DNA of 64,000 nucleotides from Candidatus Latescibacterota bacterium (GTDB taxonomy: Bacteria > Latescibacterota > UBA2968 > GCA-2709665). The notes beneath the pieces were generated by a model. It had not been told where the DNA came from. It saw only the letters and a list, made by a program, of their open reading frames with translations, and did no database searches. The translations under genes were made by a program, and so were the position numbers. Shown piece by piece: positions 59,124 to 64,000 of the stretch; within the stretch, counting starts at the first letter, position 1, and each line of letters begins with the position of its first letter. Location: positions 2,368,001 through 2,432,000 of the forward strand of contig OZ220733.1 in NCBI GenBank assembly GCA_965116875.1, given 5' to 3'.

Positions 59124-59738
59124 TCAGGACAGGACCCGTCGTCGAGACAGATCGCGCCTCAACTGCCGGGCGTCACGAAAGTGAATGGACGGTAGGCCGA
59201 CCGATTCCGCGCTCCTCACGTTCTGGATTCGATCGTCGATGAACAGACAATCGTGAGGCCCGTACCCCAGAGCGTCGAGAACCTTCGGAAAGACCGTCGG
59301 GTCGGACTTGGTCTTGCCCAGTTCGAACGAGTAGAACCGATCGTCGAAAATGTCCAGAAACGGATGAATCGATCTGATGTATGGAATCCACTCCCGAACG
59401 TGGTCCGACAGCATGGCGACGTGATGTGTTTTCACGACCTCGTGCAGAATATCGAGTGAGCCCTCGATCCGGACGTGGAAGTTGTCCCTGACCATTCGCT
59501 TGAGCGACGCAAGGTCCAGATCCCAGCCCGTTCGCTTCAGAATCCCGCCCAGATAGAGTTCCTCTGAAATTTCCCCTCTCAGGACCTGCATCACCGGCTC
59601 TCCCCCAAAGCACTCCAGGAGACCGTCTTCGGGAATGCAGAGTGCTGCGGAGACCCGCTTCTCAACTCCGGGAAGCCCCGCAATGAAGACTTCAGACAGA
59701 TCGAAGATCAGGCAAAGCGGACGGTTATGGCTGTTCAT
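59124..59738 (-). CDS. HAD-family phosphatase (paralog of 508-1122)
   Basis: LIFDLSEV, ELGKTKSDP, CLFIDDRIQNV. Confidence 0.85.
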   Translation of the reverse strand: MNSHNRPLCLIFDLSEVFIAGLPGVEKRVSAALCIPEDGLLECFGGEPVMQVLRGEISEELYLGGILKRTGWDLDLASLKRMVRDNFHVRIEGSLDILHEVVKTHHVAMLSDHVREWIPYIRSIHPFLDIFDDRFYSFELGKTKSDPTVFPKVLDALGYGPHDCLFIDDRIQNVRSAESVGLPSIHFRDARQLRRDLSRRRVLS

Positions 59739-59805
59739 TCAGGTACACTTGCAGAGGGGGGCGATTTCTGAGGAAAGGAGTCGGTCTAGAGGATTATACA
59801 TTCCG

Positions 59806-60108
59806 TCATTTATCGGCGCGCTCGTCCAGCCATCGTTGAAAGGACCGTTGACTCTCGCCGGATGGCTTGCCAACAAGCAGACCTTCCACACTGAGGTCCT
59901 CATCCAGATCCGGCCAATGAAATCCTTCTCCGTTACCTACAAATCTCCAGTTGTTACGTTCTTTGGACGTACCATGAAGCAGCCGGGGATACCAGGCCAG
60001 AGGAACCGAAATGCTGCGCCCGTCGGCGAAATCGACGGTCAACGTATCGTCTGTCACAGCAATATCCTCGGCTTTTGCAACTATCCGTTCAGTCTGTAAA
60101 GAATCCAT
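59806..60108 (-). CDS. DUF2442 family protein (TA partner)
   Basis: DGRSISVPLAWYPRL, GFHWPDLDEDLSVEGLL. Confidence 0.85.
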   Translation of the reverse strand: MDSLQTERIVAKAEDIAVTDDTLTVDFADGRSISVPLAWYPRLLHGTSKERNNWRFVGNGEGFHWPDLDEDLSVEGLLVGKPSGESQRSFQRWLDERADK

Positions 60109-60325
60109 CCCATCCTCGCAACAGAAGTTCCAAGTTGTTCGCTACTGTTTTTTGTATCCGATTGATTTCAGCGCGATTGAACCCGCCGCTGTTTTGAAGT
60201 CGAATGGGCCTTAGCCAAAACTTGGCTTTCTTATTTTCGCGCTCGACGTGAATATGCGGCGGTTCATCACGATCACACGAATAGAAGAAAAACCGGTAGG
60301 GGCCAACTTGGCATACGGTAGGCAT
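60089..60325 (-). CDS. DUF4160 family protein (TA partner)
   Basis: MPTV..GPYRFFFYS.D..EPPHIHV, AKFWL. Confidence 0.85.
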   Translation of the reverse strand: MPTVCQVGPYRFFFYSCDRDEPPHIHVERENKKAKFWLRPIRLQNSGGFNRAEINRIQKTVANNLELLLRGWDGFFTD

Positions 60326-60652
60326 CGCTCACACGAAATACGCGTACGTACATTAGGATTTGCAAATTCAGACTACCTTTACGCGGTTTCTCTTATTCGG
60401 ACGACCACGCGTGTCAAGACCTACCGGATTGGCCTTCGACAAAAAACACGGAAGGTAGTGGTTTGTCGTGCAGATTTCGCGGCTGAAATTTGGAACGTGA
60501 TTATTCAGGCCAGCCTTTCGATAACGTAGAAAAACGGGGAGGTATTGTCAAGAGTTGTTGAGGATTTCGATCACTCTGACTGGAATTGGGTCGTCAGCCT
60601 GCAACTCGCAGCAGCGCGACGCCTTGACTCGCTGTTTCGTGTGGACGCCAGC

Positions 60653-61234
60653 CTACCGGTCGTGGAATCCCCTCCCTTCGAGGATTTTCCGCCGGTACTT
60701 CTCGATTCTCGCCGCGCGGGTCTTCGAGTGTTTGGCGCCGGAAAAATGCAGAACGTAACCGCGCTGCCGTCCGGGCGTCAATCTGCGAAACGCGACCACG
60801 AAATCCGGATCGTCGTCGAATCTGTTGAGAAGCTCTTCAGGGTACTCGAACTCCGTCGCCTTCTCCACCTTCAGACCTGCTCTTTCGACTTCGATCGCTT
60901 CATGCACGAATGCCTCGATGCTCTTTGACATCCTCGCGACGTCCTCAACGCTGGTGAAACGCATACGAAATCCGGAACGGGAGTTCGGCCCCTGCCTTTG
61001 GAGAAGGCCGTGCGGATCTTTCAGCAACGCGCCTTTGAAGAACAGGAGCGCGAGAAAGTCCTTCATGCTCTGGATAATGCAGATGTTCTTCCCGTCATGG
61101 GCGTAGCAGGGCTTTCCCCACTTCAATGCTTCGGTCAGGTTGCACTCAAGCAAAACCTCTCTCAACTGGTTCACCTCCTGCCGCCATCGCGCGGCGTTCA
61201 GGATTACTGCGTCGACCGTGGCTTCTCCATTCAT
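60653..61234 (-). CDS. YdeI/OmpD-associated family protein (DUF1801 + OmdA)
   Basis: LKWGKPCY, FFKGALLKDP, LTPGRQRGY, AKHSKTR..RIEK. Confidence 0.88.
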   Translation of the reverse strand: MNGEATVDAVILNAARWRQEVNQLREVLLECNLTEALKWGKPCYAHDGKNICIIQSMKDFLALLFFKGALLKDPHGLLQRQGPNSRSGFRMRFTSVEDVARMSKSIEAFVHEAIEVERAGLKVEKATEFEYPEELLNRFDDDPDFVVAFRRLTPGRQRGYVLHFSGAKHSKTRAARIEKYRRKILEGRGFHDR

Positions 61235-61376
61235 TTTAACGGCGCCTCTTCCTCTGGTCGTATCCGTTCGGTACCGGTCATCGTGTGCGCGAGCGATCAC
61301 CTCGAATTTCTTGATGGTGACGTGATTCTTGTATCGGAAGGTGCTGCAGCCTGATCCAAGTCAGACTGTCGAAGTT

Positions 61377-62180
61377 CTAACCGGCCTCGCCATGGAGCCA
61401 GCGAAGGCCGCCCGGCCAGCCCTGTTCGGCCATGGACAGGATCGCGCGATAGTAGTCATTCAGGCCGGTTATGGTATAATCGTACAGTTCCGAATGCTGC
61501 ACGCTGTAGTTGGCGATTCCGGCGGCGTTAAACTGGGACGGGTGCGTAAACCAGGCTTCCGGACCCTCGTGCCGCCTGACCAGTTCGGCGTCGTTCATCA
61601 GGTCCCACGTCGTTGACGGCCGTTCCTCGTCGTTCCGATAGACCACCCCCGAATTCGTGTCAACGGCGCCCCACGTTCCGATTCGATACACTTCCACGAT
61701 GACGTGTCCGCTGTAAGCAGCGTTGAGATTGAAGAGAAACACGATGCGGCTGGAAAAGCCGGCAACCTGATACAGCGAACAGCCCACTCGCGCCACGTCG
61801 GTACACCAATCCGTGCCCCTCGCGATAATCTCCTCTTCCCTTCCTCCGAATTTCAAACCGGCCAGCGCGGAAGGGGCACACTCATGATCCAGACGCCTGG
61901 TGATTTCAGCGATCCGGACAACCTGCCGTTCAGGATCCCCAATCGGCAACTCGGCTTCGGAGAGCAACTGTTCCAGAATTGGCCGGGAACCTTTCACATA
62001 GCCCGCGGTAGGGTCCGTGTAGTCTCTGTAAAGGCAACATGCGGTTTCACGGCAGAGCCTGATCATGCCCGACGCGATCTCGCGATCAACGCTTCCCTCG
62101 GCGTGAGGGTCGTTTTCGATCATGATCCGGTACGCACTGCCGAAAGCCTTCGGGCCTGTAAACCGACTGAGGTCTATCAT
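61377..62180 (-). CDS. Transglutaminase-like protein
   Basis: WCTDVAR, SGHVIVEVY, WGAVD give a C-H-D triad. Confidence 0.7.
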   Translation of the reverse strand: MIDLSRFTGPKAFGSAYRIMIENDPHAEGSVDREIASGMIRLCRETACCLYRDYTDPTAGYVKGSRPILEQLLSEAELPIGDPERQVVRIAEITRRLDHECAPSALAGLKFGGREEEIIARGTDWCTDVARVGCSLYQVAGFSSRIVFLFNLNAAYSGHVIVEVYRIGTWGAVDTNSGVVYRNDEERPSTTWDLMNDAELVRRHEGPEAWFTHPSQFNAAGIANYSVQHSELYDYTITGLNDYYRAILSMAEQGWPGGLRWLHGEAG

Positions 62181-62262
62181 GGTCGTAAATAAACACGTGA
62201 GTGGCGCCCGAATCGACGGGCTTTGCCACCCACCGGGGATTCATTCGCATGTGAACGAGCGG

Positions 62263-63579
62263 TTATTTTGTGGGCGCGTCTTCCGCCGACCGAATCAACC
62301 TGGCCCTCTCCATCTTGCTTCCGTACGCAAACAGCCTCGACTCCCTGGTGCAGGGTGGTGACACGCTGTCGCCGTAGCTCCACATCACCTGCATATCTCC
62401 GGGCCCTGCCTGATGGTTGAAGACGACCTTGACGTTGTTGTGCGACAGGTCCGAGCCCGCGGTGAGCGGCTCTCCCCTTTGCCAGGGCCCGTGCCCGTCT
62501 GCAGACCGCCAGACGTCGATCTCCCCTCCGTCTTCACGCGGCTGAGACGCCGTGGTCGGCGCGTAGACGGTCACCGATCCATCTTCGATTACCATGCCGC
62601 CGTCGTCGTACATGTGGTCTCCCACCGCGATATCGCTGAACCGCCACCCGTTTCCGCGCAGTTGCCCGCATTTCCAATGGCTCACGTACGTGAAGGGATC
62701 CGCGTCGATAAACAGGATGAGGGGCCGTCCGTCCGGACCCAGCTGGATGTCTTTCAGCCACACGCCCCGTTGTCCGCAGTCGTAGAGCTTTTCCGCGTCC
62801 GCCTCCTTCACCGGGAGGTCGTACGGGGCGCCGTCACTGCGTTGCCAGGTCCGCCCTCCGTCTCCGGAACAGGCGTAGTATACGTTGTAGCGCCTCGCCC
62901 ACAGGTGCTTCGTGCGGATCTCCTCGTCGGATCCGCCTCCGAGCCGTGACCAGGCGAGATGGATACTGCGGGGATAGTCCCCCGTCTCCGCAATGGAAAC
63001 GGCGTAAATGTCGCTTTCTTCAAAGTCGACGATATCGACCGGCTCCTCCCACGTTTCCCCCCGGTTTCTCGAAATCCGCGAACGCCAGCCGCCGGATCTC
63101 TCGCGGTACGACGCGAAAATCTCGCCGGGAAGGAGCTGGAACGGCTGGGGATATGAGGTCGCCGGATCGACGATATCGGCGCACGCGCGCCAGGCCCCGG
63201 TTTCGTAAGGCTTTTCCGAGCGGAGAACCATGGTGGGATCGTTGTGAGCGCCGTAGAACACGTAGAGGTGTCCGGTATCGTCCAGTAGCAGGGTTGGATT
63301 GCGGTGGGCGTCACCGTCCGGGTTCGCACCGAGAATGACGGGACGGGCGAATGTTCGCGCGTCGTGATCGTAACAGCCGATCGCCGGCGCATTCCGCTCG
63401 TTCCCAAAGACAAAGTAGGTCGTGTTCACCTCGGGTGCGTAGACGGCCATCGGTCGATGCCAGGCCGAATACGTGGCCATCGGACCTGAATAGACATGAT
63501 TATTACCGTCGAGTACGTTCACGGTTCCGCAGCAGTACCAGACGCCTCGGTAATCGCTCGCCATCAGGTCCACGTCCAT
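62263..63579 (-). CDS. BNR-4 repeat beta-propeller protein
   Basis: DAHRNP, GHLYVFYGAH, SYPQ, SRNRGETW and SGDGGRTW Asp-box-like motifs; start uncertain. Confidence 0.75.
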   Translation of the reverse strand: MDVDLMASDYRGVWYCCGTVNVLDGNNHVYSGPMATYSAWHRPMAVYAPEVNTTYFVFGNERNAPAIGCYDHDARTFARPVILGANPDGDAHRNPTLLLDDTGHLYVFYGAHNDPTMVLRSEKPYETGAWRACADIVDPATSYPQPFQLLPGEIFASYRERSGGWRSRISRNRGETWEEPVDIVDFEESDIYAVSIAETGDYPRSIHLAWSRLGGGSDEEIRTKHLWARRYNVYYACSGDGGRTWQRSDGAPYDLPVKEADAEKLYDCGQRGVWLKDIQLGPDGRPLILFIDADPFTYVSHWKCGQLRGNGWRFSDIAVGDHMYDDGGMVIEDGSVTVYAPTTASQPREDGGEIDVWRSADGHGPWQRGEPLTAGSDLSHNNVKVVFNHQAGPGDMQVMWSYGDSVSPPCTRESRLFAYGSKMERARLIRSAEDAPTK

Positions 63580-63757
63580 CTGCGAAGCCTTTCGAATGAT
63601 CTGCGAAACATGCGCCGAGTTTATACAGTACCGTTGTAAATCCGCACCGGAATGGTTATATTCCGCGAGGCCCGGCTTCATGTCGTACCTCTGTTTCCAA
63701 ACCGGGATCACTGCCTTTTCCTTTGTGTCTTCGCGTCTCCGTGTGAGCCGAATCCCG

Positions 63758-64000
63758 ATGACCGATACCCAGCTCTTGCAGGAATTCGAAGCCCTCGCCG
63801 AACGCCTGGACATTCCCGTTACGTACGCGAATCTGGGAGGCGGCAACGGCGGGCTGTGCGTCGTGAAGGGCGAGAGACGCTTTATCCTGAACAGGAGCGC
63901 TGAGGCAGGAACACGAAATGAGATCTTCGCGCGGGAATTCGCGCGGCTGTCGCTGGAGGAGGTGTACATCCGGCCCGTCGTTCGAGAACGCATTGACGCC
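63758..64000 (+). CDS. Hypothetical protein, runs off the window end
   Basis: MTDTQLLQEFEALAERLDIPV..GGLCVVKGERRFILN..EEVYIRPVVRE; no stop before 64000. Confidence 0.6.
   Translation, partial: MTDTQLLQEFEALAERLDIPVTYANLGGGNGGLCVVKGERRFILNRSAEAGTRNEIFAREFARLSLEEVYIRPVVRERIDA

Noticed and set aside
63580-63993. 138-aa N-terminal extension of the BNR-4 ORF
   Set aside because: It overlaps a better plus-strand gene starting at 63758 and has no protein-like features
1-64000. CRISPR array, rRNA or tRNA genes
   Set aside because: No regularly spaced repeat-spacer series and no recognisable structural RNA seen by eye

Overview
Bacterial DNA, mostly GC-rich with several lower-GC accessory stretches. 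The protein styles suggest an FCB-group bacterium (Latescibacterota/Gemmatimonadota-like), possibly a marine-invertebrate symbiont; this is inference from PDFDGDG..GFxDF dockerin-like modules, a FlgD/T9SS-type C-terminal domain and cadherin/FN3/LRR proteins. The left half (1-33 kb) is a secreted/surface-protein region. It has five proteins with dockerin-like paired EF-hand modules: a partial gene, two tandem GH12 glycoside hydrolases, an LRR+FG-GAP protein and a 3026-aa cohesin/cadherin/FN3/LRR/M8-protease giant. It also has a lower-GC block of orphan ORFs and pseudogenes, a secreted double-Cache protein, and a sigma54 two-component system (cytoplasmic REC-PAS-PAS kinase plus REC-PAS-AAA+-HTH activator). 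The giant gene, the kinase and the activator each have a sigma54 -24/-12 promoter with a shared palindromic upstream motif, and the ~300-bp control region in front of the giant gene is duplicated in front of the kinase. The right half (33-64 kb) is mainly minus-strand small enzymes (methyltransferases, nitrilase, SDR, GNATs, APH, three NUDIX, AAC(3), RidA, S9 peptidase, amidohydrolase, HAD), two ABC permeases with no adjacent ATPase gene, dcd, a ZIP transporter, four TA modules and several REP-like repeats. No rRNA, tRNA, CRISPR array, integrase or intact transposase was recognised. All domain calls are by eye from motifs; no database search was run.
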